In this document: positions 1-13,300 of the stretch, piece after piece
Layout of the letters: every line of letters begins with the position of its first letter
Numbering within the stretch: position 1 is the stretch's first letter
Source of the DNA: Octopus sinensis
Taxonomy: Eukaryota
Reading direction: 5' to 3'
Assembly (NCBI RefSeq): GCF_006345805.1
Contig: NW_021831998.1
Location: 1 to 62,087 of the forward strand
DNA length: 62,087 nucleotides
The notes under the pieces: generated by a model
What the model was told of the DNA's origin: nothing
Databases searched by the model: none
What the model saw: the letters and a program-made list of their open reading frames with translations, nothing else
Made by a program: the position numbers and the translations under genes

Positions 1-447
1 CAGTGAAAGAAGTGTGTGCGCTTCAAGGAGTCCCATGTTGAAAAAAAAAGTTCATTTGGTTATATTCCATGAAATTAAACTGATCAGGCTATGAACTATT
101 CTGCCGATCCTGGTATCATTGGTTTCAACCATTATTTTGCTAGAACTATCGGTATTCTTGAAACCTTGTGTATGGTACATGCATACATGCATACATACAC
201 ATACATACATACCTATATCCATCCATACATACATGCATACATACACATACATACATACATACATACATACATACATACATACATACATACATACATACAT
301 ACATGCACACATCCATTCCATCAATGGAACTGTAAAAATCGGTAAAATTTTCCAGCAGTTTATCATTGAAATATATATGAGCATGTCTAGATATGCAACT
401 ATATGCCTGGGGATGCACACATACATACATACATACATACATACACA

Positions 448-478
<31 letters not shown>

Positions 479-550
479 CGAAAAACGAAAATACCCTGTT
501 GTTGATGTTGAAATTTCAATGAAGGAGCCTTGAATGTGTGTGCCTGTGAA

Positions 551-805
551 GATACGTGGAATAGTGGTTAGGGTGCTTGGTCACAGGATCGTTAGATAAT
601 GAGTTCGATTCCCAGACCTAGCAGCGCATTGTCTCCTTGAGCACAACATTACATTTTACGTTATTCCAGATCATTCAACTGTAAATGAGTAACTCTGTGG
701 CGGAACAACAACTCAGAGTGTCGTCATTCGAAAGCTAAAACAATGCAAAGCGCATTGTGACCAGCGATGTATAACAACATTCAATAGTCTGGTCGGTTCT
801 ATGAT
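551..805 (+). mobile_element. tRNA-derived SINE (paralogues at ~3081-3330 and ~7641-7895)
   Basis: A-box-like TGGAATAGTGGTTAG and B-box GAGTTCGATTCCC followed by a non-tRNA body. Confidence 0.75.
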
Positions 806-1078
806 GTGCGTGTGCGTATGTGTGTGTGAGAGTCTATCATTTAATCTTCTTCCGCCAAGCTAAGGAGATTGTACGTCAATACGTCAATACCTTTAATATA
901 AATATAAATAAATTAGTAAATTATATCTGGGTCATCTGATATTCATTAATCGATACGAAGTTCTTATAATGATTATACTTCGTTAAGAAGTTAGATTTAA
1001 ACTAGTAACATCTAACTGACAGTCATTTCTACTTAGAAGACAGACAAGATGTTGCAGAGGAATTCTCTTCAAGTTATT

Positions 1079-1195
1079 TTACTCTTACTCTTTACTCTTT
1101 TACTTGTTTCAGTCATTTGACTGCGACCATGCTGGAGCAACGCCTTTAGTCGAGGAAATCGACCCCCAGGACTTATTCTTTGTAAGCCTAGTACT
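1079..1195 (-). mobile_element. 3' fragment of the octopus-type tRNA-SINE family that is complete at 24899-25294
   Basis: Reverse complement of ~25190-25294 (GGGGTCGATTT..CTAAAGGCG..CCAGCATGG..GCAGTCAAAT); absent from copies B and C, so it inserted after the duplication. Confidence 0.85.
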
Positions 1196-1244
1196 ATTTT
1201 GTATATAAACTTTTTTTGTTTTTTTGTATAATTAATTTCTTTTT

Positions 1245-1445
1245 CCTAAAGGCACAAGGCCTGAAATTGGCCAAGGGGGCTAGTCGATCACATCTACACC
1301 TGTGTTTGACTGCTACTTAATTTATCAACGCCGAGAGGATGGAAGGCAAAGTCGACCACGGCGATATTTGAACTGAGAAAGTAGCAATGGGTTAAATACC
1401 GCTAAGCGTTTTGACCGGCGTACTCACGGTCCTTCCAACTCGCCG
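1245..1445 (-). mobile_element. tRNA-derived SINE, second family (further copies ~3640-4020, ~8215-8414, ~27500-27685, ~56325-56448)
   Basis: Recurrent GGATGAAAGGCAAAGTCGACCTCGG..TTTGAACTCAGAA..AAATACCGCTAAGCATTT; the B box GTTCAAAT reads on the minus strand. Confidence 0.85.
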
Positions 1446-1812
1446 ACTTTTTTTGTTACATCTTTATATATAAAATACCGTTTGCACATACGAGCGTTTG
1501 TGCGTGTATTTCGTTGTGTGTGTGTGTGTGTGTGTGAACTTCCATGGTGTATTTACGTATTTCATTTAGAACTTTTTTTCCCGTTTGTTTGCTTGCAATT
1601 ATATTTCCAGCAAATTTTCTAACGGAAGTCTGCAGTTTTACTTGTATCAAAGCACCAGTTATTCTACCTATTGAAAACCCTTCTCTGCCGCTCAGTCGGT
1701 CTATTTTTATACCCATCCTTGCCCCTCATTCATCCCTATTCCATTTATTGTTACACACATACACTCTACACACACACAGACTCTTTCACACACACACATG
1801 CACACACACGCA

Positions 1813-2272
1813 CATGGACGATAATATTTTCAAAGAGTAGGGGTTGCGTTCCGGCCTCATAAACTGAATTTAGAATGGGAAAGGAGAGTCTAGAAGAGAC
1901 CCCAAAACCTGGACGACCTGCAGCTTCGACGCCGGAGGAAAATATTGGTCGTGTTTTGCTGATGGGTGACAGGCGAATGTCTTTAAATCAAATATCCAAT
2001 GCTGTTAGCATATACCGTGTGAGAGTTGCGAATATTCTACACAATGAGATTGGCATGGCGATGGTTTCCGCTCATTGCTGCCTGTATCGCTGTGACGATG
2101 ACACCATATCTGGTGCTGATGGAGTTCTTTGAACAACACAGCATAAAAGCAACACCAGTGAAAGAAGTGTGGGGGCTTCAAGGGGTTCCATGTTGGGAAA
2201 TAAAATTCATTTGGTTATATTCCATGAAAATAAACTTATCAGCCTATGAACTTTTCAGCCGATCCTGGTATC
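1813..2272 (+). mobile_element. Internally deleted mariner transposon remnant (paralogues ~6468-6937 and 1-117)
   Basis: Translation GKESLEETPKPGRP...RRMSLNQISNAVSI...ILHNEIGMAMVSA matches the mariner HTH/WVP region, followed by a degraded C-terminal (KGDYVEK-like) segment and TIR-like TCAGCCTATGAACTTTTCAGCCGATCCTGG|TA. Confidence 0.75.
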
Positions 2273-2684
2273 ATTGGTTTCTACAATTATTTTGCTATAA
2301 AACTATCGGTATTCTTGACAGCTTGTGTATGGTATATACATACATACATACATACATACATACATACATACATACATACATACATACATGCATATGCATA
2401 CATACAACATACATACACCATACATACATACATACATACATACATACATACATACATACATACATACATACATACATACAGATATGAATACATACATACA
2501 GATATATATACATACATAAATACATACAAACATACATATGCATACATACATATGCATACATACATACATACATACATACATACACACACCTTACATACTT
2601 ACATACATATATACATACATACCTAAATGCATACATAAACACACCTTACATGCATACAAATCTGCATATATACATACATGCACG

Positions 2685-2970
<286 letters not shown>

Positions 2971-4034
2971 ATCTGTAAGTGTGTGTGTGTGTGTTTGTGT
3001 GTGTGCGTGTGTGTGTGCGTGTGTGTGTGTTTGTGTGTGTGCGTGTGTGTGTGTTTGTGTGTGTGCGTGTGTGTGTGTGAAGGTACGTGGAGTAGTGGTT
3101 AGCGTGCTTGTTCACAGGATCGTTAGATAATGAGTTCAATTCCCAGACCTAGCAGCGCATTGTCTCCTTGAGCACAACATTTTAGGTTATTCTAGTTCAT
3201 TCAACTGTAAATGAGTAACTCTGTGGCGAAACAACCACTCAGAGTGTCGTCATTCGAAAGCAGAAAACAATGGAATGTTCATTGTGACCAGCGATGTATA
3301 ACAACATTCAATAGTCTGGTCGATTCTGTGATGTGCGCCCGTGCGTATGTGTGTGTGAGAGTCTATCATTTAATCTTCTTCCGCCAAGCTAAGTGGATTA
3401 TACATCAATACGTCAATACCTTTTAATATAAATATAAATAAATTAGTAAATTATATCTGGGTCATCTGATAATGATTAATCGATACGAAGTTCATATAAT
3501 GATTATACTTCGTTAAGAAGATAGATTTATACTAGTAACATCTCCAAATTGACAGTCATTTCTACTTAGAAAACAGACAAGATGTTACAGTGGAATTATT
3601 TTGAATATAAACTTTTTTGTTTAATTACTCATTTCTACTAATGGCACAAGGCCTGAAATTGGCTAAGGGGACTAGTCGATCACATCTACACCTGTGTTTG
3701 ACTGGTTCTTAATTTATCAACGCCGAGAGGATGGAAGACAAAGTCGACCTCGGATACATTTGATCTCAGAAAGTAGCAATGGGTGAAATACCTATTTCTT
3801 TACTACCCACAAGGGACTAACACAGAGGAGACAAACAATACAGACAGACGTATCAAGTCGATTATTTCGACCCCAGTGCGTAACTGGTACTTAATTTTTA
3901 GTCCCCGAAAGGATGAAAGGCAAAGTCGACCTCGGTGGAATTTGAACTCATAACGTAACGGCAGACGAAATACCGCTAAGCATTTCGTCCGTCGTGCTCA
4001 CGGTTCCACCAACTCGCCGCCTTTTTTTGTTACA

Positions 4035-6068
4035 TCAATATCTATAAAGCTGAAATGCGAAAAAGTTATTTGTCTCATTTTGGGATGGGAACAGTAGATG
4101 GAGTTGGATTGGCGCCAAAATTTACTGGGACATGTAAAAAGAGGCGAGGAAACGACTGGACTAGGTTAGACACCCCTATCTCAAAAGCTGTGGTTCTTAG
4201 GGCAACAAAACCCAAAGTTTTACAAGTGTTTGTCGTTTTTCTCTTTCGGATATGACTTTGTCTTCCTCGATCTCTTTCTTTCCTTCCTTTAAACTGCCAG
4301 CATGTTGCTGTACGCCGTTAAGAAGTTTTGAATGTCAGCCATGGTGAGTCTACTATCCTCAGGTTCTATCCCTTCAAACTTTGGTTTCCAATATCTTTTT
4401 TATTTTTATTCAGCTCGCATGTTCGTCTGTCCCTTTTAAATGTTAGTGTTTTGCTGTCCGCCTTGAAGCAGACCTTTCCGTTGTCACTGCCTGATATTTA
4501 TGATGGATCTTTCAACATATTTTCTTTCTCAACTTACTCAAAATCTTTTGTTCTTTATAAATGGCAGAGAGAGAGAGAGATAGATAGAGAAAGATAGAGA
4601 GTAAGAGAAAGCGAGGGAGATTCCGAGAGAAAGGAAGAGTAAGAGAGGGGGAAAGTGAGAGAGAAAGGAGAGAGAAACAAAGAGGGAGAATGTGGCGATA
4701 AGAAACAGAAAGGAAGCAACAGAAAGTAAAAACTAAAAAACTGAAATGCGAAAAGTTTGTTTGTCTCATTTTGCGATTGGAACGGTTTAAAGGGCACTCG
4801 ATGGGGTCGGATTGGCTCCAAAATTTACAGGGACATGTAAAAAGAGGCGAGGAAGTGAGTGGACTAGGTTAGAAATCCCTATCTCAAAAGCTGTGGTTAT
4901 TAGGACAACAACACCCACACTTTGACAAGTGTTTGTCGTTTCCCTTTCACATATCACCCTGTCTTCCTCCGTCTCTCTCTTTCCTTCCTTTCTTCCACAT
5001 TCTCTCTATAATGACGTTTGACAGCTTCGCCATCTCTCTGTCAATCTGTCTCCCACCACCTCTCTCATTGCACGTCTGTCTGTATAGAGAGAAAGTATTG
5101 ACAGCCTCAAAAGTTTAAATATTTCCGTCACAGGTCTTTTAGAACTGTGAATTATTACGTTGATACAAATTGGATTTTTATGTGAAGCGGGGATGGAAGG
5201 GGATTAAAATTTACAGAAGGGGGTGTTTAGGAATTCTCTGTTACATCAAACTAAAAATTTTGCGCCAGCCTTCAAATCGTCAATGTGTTGCCATCCGTCA
5301 TGAAGAAGTTTTGAATGCCTGCCATGGTGAGTCTACTGTCGTGAGAAAGAATCGCTTCAAAACTTGGTGTTTAGGGATTTTCTTTTACATCAAGTTCAAA
5401 ATTTTGCGCCAGCCGTTAAACTGCCAGTACGTTGATGTACGTCGTTAAGAAGTTTTGAATGCGAAAAAGTTGTTTGATTTCTTGGTTATTTGTCTCATTT
5501 TGGGATGGGAACGGTAGATGGGGTCGGATTGGCGCCATAATTTACACTGGGGGGGGGGTTAAAATGGTGTGGGCAATGGTGTGAGGAGGGTTGTAAGTCG
5601 CTCGGGGTTACCGTTTGGGGAAAATTGAGTTTTATGGGATAGACATGTTGTGCTGTTTGAATAATGGTGGCTTTTCGTGTTGCTGCAGGGGCTAGAGGCT
5701 GTTATCTTTAATCTAATCTATAAAATGAAGAAGGCGAACGTTGATACAAATTGGATTTTTATGTAAAAAGGGGTCTAAATGGGGCTGGAAGGGGATCCAA
5801 ATTTACAGGAGCGGGTAACTTGAGGTGAGAAATTGATTGGGAGACGTTTTGGGGCGCTACAGTGGTTGCTTTGGATCTAGACTGGACGCCCTTTGCCCGA
5901 TTTCAATCAAATTTTCAACATGGTAACGTGGAAGCGGATTTCTAATTTAAGCGCAGAAAAAGGGTTCGAAATTTTGAAAATTAAGGTAAGATTTAAGAAA
6001 CAGAAATGAAGCTACAGAAAGTAACAACCACGCCCTCACCCGCGCGTAGAGCGGGTCACCTTAAGCTA

Positions 6069-6069
<1 letters not shown>
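4035..6069 (+). mobile_element. Non-autonomous Helitron with internal tandem sub-duplications
   Basis: Begins A|TC (TCAATATCTATAAAG), ends with GC hairpin ACCCGC-GCGTAGA-GCGGGT (6038-6056) then CTAG|T (6066-6070); no TSD; internal repeats 4050-4290~4741-4990 and 5157-5225~5738-5810. Confidence 0.75.
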
Positions 6070-6099
<30 letters not shown>

Positions 6100-6105
<6 letters not shown>

Positions 6106-7510
6106 AGCGTTTACATGTATGTGTGTTGTGCGTGTGTTTCGTTGTGAGTGTGCGTGTGTATGTGTGAGTGGGGGGGGGGTCAACCTCCATTGTGCATTTA
6201 CGTATTTCATTTAGAAGTTTTTCTGTTTTGTTTGCTTGCAATTATATTTCCCACAAATTTTGTGACGGATGTCTGCAGTTTTACTTGTATCAAAGCACCA
6301 GTTATTCTACCCATTTAAAACTCTTCTCTGCCGCTCAGCCGGTCTGTTTTTATACCCATCTCTGCCCCTCATTCATCCCTATTCTATTTATTGTTACACA
6401 CATATACACTACACACACACATAAACTCACACAAACACACTCTGTTTCACATACACGCACACCCACATGGACAATGATATTCTCAAAGAGTAGGGGTTGC
6501 GTTCCAGCCTCATCAACGGTGCAAAAGTACGCAACTGAACTTAGGATAGGAAAGGAGAGGCTTGAAGAGACCCCAAAACCTGGACGACCTGCAGCTTCGA
6601 AGCCGGAGGAAAATTTGGGTTGTATTCTGCTGATGGGTGACAGGCGATTGTCTTTAAATCAAATATCCAATGCTGTTAGCATATCCCGTGTGTGAGTTGA
6701 GAATATTCCACACAATTAGATTGGCATGACGATGGTTTCCGCTCATTGGTGCCCGTATCGCTGTGACGATGACACCATATCTAGTGCTGATGGAGTTTTT
6801 TCACCAACAGCATGAAAGCTACCAAACACTGCAACATCAATGAAAGAAGTGTGTGGGCTTCAAGGGGTCCCATGTTGGAAAATAAAACTCATTTATATAT
6901 ATTCCTCAAAATTAAACTTTTCAGCCGATCCTGGTATCATTGGTTTTTACCAATATTTTGCTAAAACTATCGGTATACTTGACAACTTGTGTGTGGTACA
7001 TACATACATACATACATACATACATACATACATACATACATACATACATACAAACATACATATATACATACATGCATACACCTCACATATATACTTATGT
7101 TTTTTCTCTTTTTTTCTGTGTTTTCTTGTTTGGATTAACTTTATATACATACATACATACATACACCTTACATATATATATCCATACATACACCTTACAT
7201 ATATATATACATACATACATACATACACACACCTTACATACTTACATACATATATACATACATACCTAAATGCATGCATAAACACACCTTACATGCATAC
7301 ATATGCATATATACATACATGCACGTATCTATTCCATCAATGGACCTGTAAAAATCTGTAAGATTTTCCAGAATTTATCATTTAAATATATGTGAGCGTG
7401 TCTAGATATGCAACTATATGCCTGGGAATACACACATACAACACATACAAATCTGCACATATACATACACACATACATACATACATACATACATACATAC
7501 ATACATACAT

Positions 7511-7541
<31 letters not shown>

Positions 7542-8430
7542 TACATACATACCAAAAAACGAAAATACCCTGTTGTTGATGTTGAAATTTCAATGAAGGA
7601 GCCTTGAATGTGTGTGTGTGTGTGCGCGCGCGCGTGTGTGAAGGAACGTGGAGTAGTGGTTAGGGTGCTTGCTCACAAGATGGTTAGATAATGAGTTCGA
7701 TTCCCAGACCTAGCAGCGCATTGTCTCCTTGAGCACAACATTACATTTTACGTTATTCTAGTTCATTCAACTGTAAATGAATAACTCTGTGGCGGAACAA
7801 CCACTCAGAGTTTCGTCATTCGAAAGCTAAAACAATGGAATGCGCATTGTGACCAGCGATGTATAACAACATTCAATAGTCTTGTCGATTCTGTGATGTG
7901 CGCGCGTGTGTGTATGTTTGAGAGTCTATCATTTAATCTTCTTACGCAATGCTAAGTGGATCGTACGTCAATACGTCAATACCTTTAATATGAATATAAA
8001 TAAATTAGTAAATAATGTCTGCGTCATCTGATATTGATTAATCAATACGCAGTTCTTATAATGTTTATGCTTCGTTAAGAAGATAGATTTAAACAAGTAA
8101 CATCTAACTGACAGTCATTTCTACTTAGAAGACAGACAAGATGTTGCAGAGGAATTCTCTTCAAGTTATTTTGTATATAAACTGGGGGTTTTTTGTATAA
8201 TGAATCCTTTCTACTGAAGGCACAAGGCCTGAAATTGGCGGAGGGTGCTTGTGTATCACATCGACACCAGTGTTTTACTGGTACGTAATTTATCGACCCC
8301 GAGAGGATGAAAGTCGACCTCGGCGGTATTTGAACTCAGAATGTAGCGATGGGCGAAATATTGCTAAGCATTTTGACTGGCGTGCTCACGATTCTACCAA
8401 CTCGCCAACTCGCCAACTTGTTTTGTTATA
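6100..8430 (+). repeat. Copy C of the triplicated block
   Basis: Colinear with copy B. Confidence 0.9.
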
Positions 8431-8457
8431 CTTTTATATATAAAAGGGCGTTTGTAC

Positions 8458-8489
<32 letters not shown>

Positions 8490-8493
8490 TTCG

Positions 8494-8539
<46 letters not shown>

Positions 8540-9594
8540 CTGTGAGTGTGTATGTTCCTCGTGCATTCAGAAACTGACTTCCCATTTTGATGTATGTGGT
8601 ATCAAAAGATTCAGTAATCTTTCGACTACCAAATAAACTTTATTTTCATTTACATATTCGCATGACAAAAATTTATCATTATAATTTTTTTTTGTCGCCT
8701 ATCTTAAACTGTATTTTGTACCACCTTGCAACGGCGACGACGTTACATTTTCTGTATACTTTTGTTTACGCTTTAGTTACGTTCGTTAGGCCGATGACCG
8801 AGAAATATATGTGTATGACGGTGTATGGGTCTGTCAATACACGTACATTTTTGTTACGACTAACACACGCATTCTTTCTTAAAGAAACACTAAAATCTTC
8901 TCGAACAGCCATCCATCACCTCACCACTTTCAAAATTCTACAAACTCCCTATGTTTCACTGTTAGCTTTTTGGAAAGCGAGGAATATTCTTCAGAAATAA
9001 TGTCGTTTACCTGTTGTTTCTAGCATGCTGGGTTTTCTGGTGGTGTCTGGTATATTTTATGTCTGCTGTTTCAGTGCATTTCTACGCATGCGTGAAACAT
9101 CAGATGAAAGTGAAACATTGGGTAATTTCAGCTTTTTGAAAGCGGGTAGGTGATGGGTGGGCGAGGTGGGGGGAAGAGCACTGAGTGTTTCTTTATGAAA
9201 ATTAAACTTTAAAAATATATTTCCCAGATTAGTAATCTCTGTATTTTACTACGTGGATAAAAAAGCAAAAAATTCGAAAGAAAGTTACGAATTAAGAAAT
9301 TGCAACGGGGACGGTGGGTGTGCGGATTCAAATTTTACAAACATGATTTCTGGCCAAAATCATATTAACCCTCTTTTATACGTAGAAACAATATATAGTT
9401 TGTGATCCTTCTTAAGGACAGAAAGCACTTTCATACACCCTCCCCCTTCACTTTAAACAAAAAATAACTTTCATTACGCTAGTCATCCAGTTCACTGTAT
9501 ATCAGCTGTACCGATTCTGCCTATAAGAAAGGAACCAATAATACAATGTGACTATCGTTCATAGCAGCCGTGCAACGCCGGGATGCATTGGTAG
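8430..9594 (+). mobile_element. Probable non-autonomous Helitron
   Basis: 5' CTTTTATATATAAAAG-type start; 3' GCCGTGCAACGCCGGG hairpin followed by GTAG|T (CTAG with one mismatch). Confidence 0.55.
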
Positions 9595-9660
9595 TGATTA
9601 ATATATTGTTTTTAGTTATTTAAGAATTTAGCCAGCACGACTACACAGAGACACACATTC

Positions 9661-9762
9661 TATACATACATACATACATACATACATACATACATACATT
9701 CATACATACATACATTCATACATACATACATACATTCATACATTCATACATACATACATACA

Positions 9763-9793
<31 letters not shown>

Positions 9794-9862
9794 GTACATA
9801 TGTACATACATACGTACATACATACATACATACATACATACATACATACATACATACATACA

Positions 9863-9893
<31 letters not shown>

Positions 9894-9926
9894 GTACATA
9901 TGTACATACATACATACGTACATACA

Positions 9927-9957
<31 letters not shown>

Positions 9958-10058
9958 GTACATACATATATACATACATACATACATACGTACATACATA
10001 CATATGTACATATGTACATACATACATACGTACATACATACATACATACATACATACG
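9661..10058. repeat. (TACA)n microsatellite
   Basis: Seen directly; similar arrays at ~180-300, 2338-2620, 2820-2905, 6998-7270, 15590-15660, 18795-18895 and 29160-29230. Confidence 0.97.
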
Positions 10059-10059
10059 T

Positions 10060-11545
10060 GAGAGGGGATCCCCAAAAGTAACCAGAAACGGTCTCTGTGG
10101 GGCAAGCCAGTTGTAGTTCAGTCTTTCGCTGCTAGAAGGCACTTGATGCGACGCTTAGGCACCAGTCTGCGACCAGCGGCGTTGGATTAAGTAGTAATGT
10201 CACGTGGTCTGTCTTTGTTTTGCAGTGTTTCTTCCCTGTTCGTCGATATTTGCGATGGCTGAAACGAAGGAACAACGTGTTTCTGTGAAATTTTGTTCTT
10301 TATTGGGGAAAGCGGCGAGCGAAAGAGTTGTCATGCTGCAAACAGTTTACAAGGACGCTGTCATGAGCAAATCACAAGTTTACGAGTTGTTTTCACGCTT
10401 TAGGAGTGGTCACTTGTCGCTTGAAAATCAACCTCGTTCGTGGCGACCATCGACCACCCGAACGAATGAAAACGTCACGAAAATACATGAACTGATCTTA
10501 GGGGACCGTCACTGAATGATTGATGAACTTGTTGATATGACTGATGTTTCTTGGAGATCTTGCCAACGAATTTTGAGCGAGGAATTGCGAATGAAAAGAG
10601 TTGCAGCCAAATGTGTGCCTCACTTGCTCACGTAAGAATAAAAGTAGTCACGACTAAATGGGTATCGTGAACTGAAACAACTGTTGGATGGTGATCCGGA
10701 CCTTTTTTCGAAGGTCATTACTGGTGGTGAAAGCTGGTGCTACGAATACAACCCGGATACGAAGCAGCAATCAAGTCAATTGAAGCATTCAATGTCACCA
10801 CGCTCCCCAAAGTGCATCAAGTGAAGTCCAGTGTCAAGATGATGCTGACTTGTTTCTTCGATGAGAAAGGAATTGTCCACACAGAATTTGTTCCTCCAGG
10901 TCAAACTATTAACCTAGCATTTTACTTGGAAGTTCTGAAACGTTTGCGAAATGTGGTGAGACGAAAACGCCCCAACTTGTGGAAAAGAGTGATGGTTTCA
11001 TCACGACGATGCGCCTGCGCACAAAACCTTAAGTGTAAGACAGTTTTTGACCGAATTGACGTGGTGATATTGAATGCTTCATTTGACTTGATTGTTGTTT
11101 TGTATCCGTGTCGTAGTCGTAGCATTAGCTTTCATCACCAGTGATGGCCTCCGAAAAAAGTCCGGATCACCAGCCAACAGTTTGTTTCTGTTCAGGATAC
11201 GCTTTCAGTCGTGACTGCTTTTATTCTTCCGTGAGCAAGTGAGACACAAATTTTGCTACAACGCTATTCATTCGCAATTCCTCACTCAAAATTCTTGTCC
11301 TGTCCACCCCGAATGCAAAGCGTCCTTAGAGGAAAACGTTTTACAGATGTGAAAGAGATGAAGAAAAGAAAAACGACGGAGGCGTTAAAAGGAGTTTAAA
11401 GATTGCTTTGAACAGTGGAAAACGCGTCTGGACCGATGCATTGCTTCAAATGGAGAATACTTTGAAGGCGATAAAAGTGTAAACATGTAAATCGAAGTGA
11501 ATAAAATAATATTGCAAAATTCCGGTTTCTTTTGGGTACCCCTGG
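10060..11545 (+). mobile_element. Mariner transposon with pseudogenised transposase and an internal inverted duplication
   Basis: Imperfect TIRs GGGGATCCCCAAAAGTAACCAGAA / TTCCGGTTTCTTTTGGGTACCCC; fragments EQRVSVKFC..LGK, PRSWRPST, CVPHLL, ITGGESW, FFDEKGIVHTEFVPPGQT, CIASNGEYFEG across frameshifts. Confidence 0.9.
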
Positions 11546-11585
11546 GAAGGCATACATACATACATACACACACATGTATGTATGT

Positions 11586-11623
<38 letters not shown>

Positions 11624-11671
11624 ATATATATTATATATATATATATAATATATATATATATATACATATAT

Positions 11672-12171
11672 ATATTAAATTAGAGATAAAACCACCATTA
11701 GGCAAATCTAATTTAATATAAATATATATATTGTTATATTTCGGAATGGTCATTTCACTAAATAAACATAGACTCATATAGAGATATAAGCATACGCAAA
11801 TGAAGACACATACAATAGAAATACAAAATGGCGGACGGTTAGTAAGGAGAGACACAATTAAGAAAGAAAAAAGCAAAGGACCACTGATGCAGTCACAGGA
11901 GTGTGACGAAAGAACTCTGGCCGAAATAAGATTAAAATTAATGTAAAAAATAAATAACACTGAAGCAAAATAACACCAAATATATAGTGCGTGTGTTTTT
12001 ATTGGCTAAACTGGCAGAATGACCATTCCGAAATATAACAATATATGTTTCAACACACGACTTCACATAAAAAATCTTGCACAACAAATATAAATATATA
12101 TATTTATACTGTAAAATTGGATTTAATCCTAGATCTAATTTTTCCCTGTAAGTTTGGATTTACTCCCTAAT

Positions 12172-12175
<4 letters not shown>
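11672..12175. mobile_element. Penelope-like pLTR-derived remnant with inverted repeat
   Basis: Inverted repeat ATATATTGTTATATTTCGGAATGGTCATT (~11725-11754 vs ~12018-12046), hammerhead-like motif at 11881-11920, flanked by (TA)n/(ATT)n. Confidence 0.55.
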
Positions 12176-12202
<27 letters not shown>

Positions 12203-12217
12203 TTTTTATTATTATTT

Positions 12218-12257
<40 letters not shown>

Positions 12258-12593
12258 TAATATATATATATATATATAATATATATATATATATATGTAT
12301 GTATGTATATGTATATATGTATGTATGTATATATATATAATGAGGGTGATAAATTGAATATTAATTTAATTAATATTAATTTAAAACCAGTAACCTAGCA
12401 TATAGAAAAATCTGAAAATTCAGAAAAATTGTAATACATGCGCATAATAAGGATGACCACTAAGTGGGCATCCAATATGCTAGAAGATCACCTACGATCT
12501 AACTACAAAGAAAAGAATGTTCTCTAGAGAAATTCAGCAAACACCAGAACATTAGCGGGTAAGACAGATGAAAATATACAAAATACAGAATTA

Positions 12594-12664
12594 ATCGTTG
12601 ACCGATTTCGTCATCAACGATTTTACTTATGTAATCATCGTTCGTGGACTCTTCAGTACGATCG
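12594..12664 (-). ncRNA. Type I hammerhead ribozyme motif (degenerate)
   Basis: Minus strand: GATCGTA-CTGAAGA-GTC..(long stem II)..GAC-GAAA-TCGG-TC-AACGATT. Confidence 0.55.
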
Positions 12665-12782
12665 TTCCAATTCAATATAATTTGTAGAACTATACACTAG
12701 TTGTCCTTATAAAATTATACGTTGTCCTTATAAAATTAAACATTACAAATCGTATACAATATTATTATTGGGAAAAATTCGA

Positions 12783-12840
12783 AGTCTTACAGCTGTTTCT
12801 GGGATATCTCCGAGTATGGGATATTCTATCATCAGAGACA
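12783..12840 (-). ncRNA. Type I hammerhead ribozyme motif (Penelope-type minimal)
   Basis: Minus strand: GTCT-CTGATGA-TAGAATATC..GATATCCCA-GAAA-CAGCTG-TA-AGAC; palindromic stem III. Confidence 0.7.
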
Positions 12841-13119
12841 AATAGGGAAAAATAGGGAAAATGAAAATGGAATATATTAATGAGATGAAGTCATAGAGGA
12901 AGGGAGTAAAGGAATAAGGAGATGGAGAGGGAAAAGAAGAAAGAAGCATAAAAGTTCATTGTTCAACTTTCTGATGTTATAGAAAAAGAGCATACTCGGG
13001 GATATCCCAGAAACAGCTGTAAGACTGAATTTTTTCCAATAATAATATTGTATACGACTTGAAATTTTTGCCTTGCCTTAATGTTTGTTGTCCGCTTTAA
13101 CAAGCGCGTTGTTTATTTG

Positions 13120-13296
13120 TGTGTGTTTGAGTATGTGTGTGTGTGTCTTTATGTATCTTTCCCCCACCCCATCACCGCTTGAAACCAATGTTGATGCGTC
13201 ATCGTAACTTAGCAGTTCGACAAAAGCGACCCGATAGAATAAGCTCTAGACTTACTAATGATAAGTCCTGGGGTCGATTGCTTAGACTAAAATCCT
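13120..13296 (+). mobile_element. SINE 3' part, cut by the piggyBac insertion
   Basis: CGTAACTTAGCAGTTCG...AAGTCCTGGGGTCGATT matches 25157-25230. Confidence 0.8.
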
Positions 13297-13300
13297 TTAA

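Larger units (their letters stand above)
1..1455 (+). repeat. Copy A (left-truncated) of a ~2.4-kb locally triplicated block: mariner remnant + (TACA)n + LINE 3' tail + SINEs
   Basis: Colinear with 2156-4030 and 6836-8430; shared strings include CAGTGAAAGAAGTGTG, GCCGATCCTGGTATCATTGGTTT, ATCGATACGAAGTT and GGCACAAGGCCTGAAATTGG. Confidence 0.9.
12340..13070 (-). mobile_element. Penelope-like pLTR remnants containing hammerhead motifs
   Basis: Inverted repeat ~12750-12817 vs ~12991-13057; two minus-strand hammerhead motifs. Confidence 0.6.

Noticed and set aside
551-620. tRNA-like A/B boxes here and at 3081, 7641 and 20411/24899
   Set aside because: No full cloverleaf; they continue into SINE bodies.
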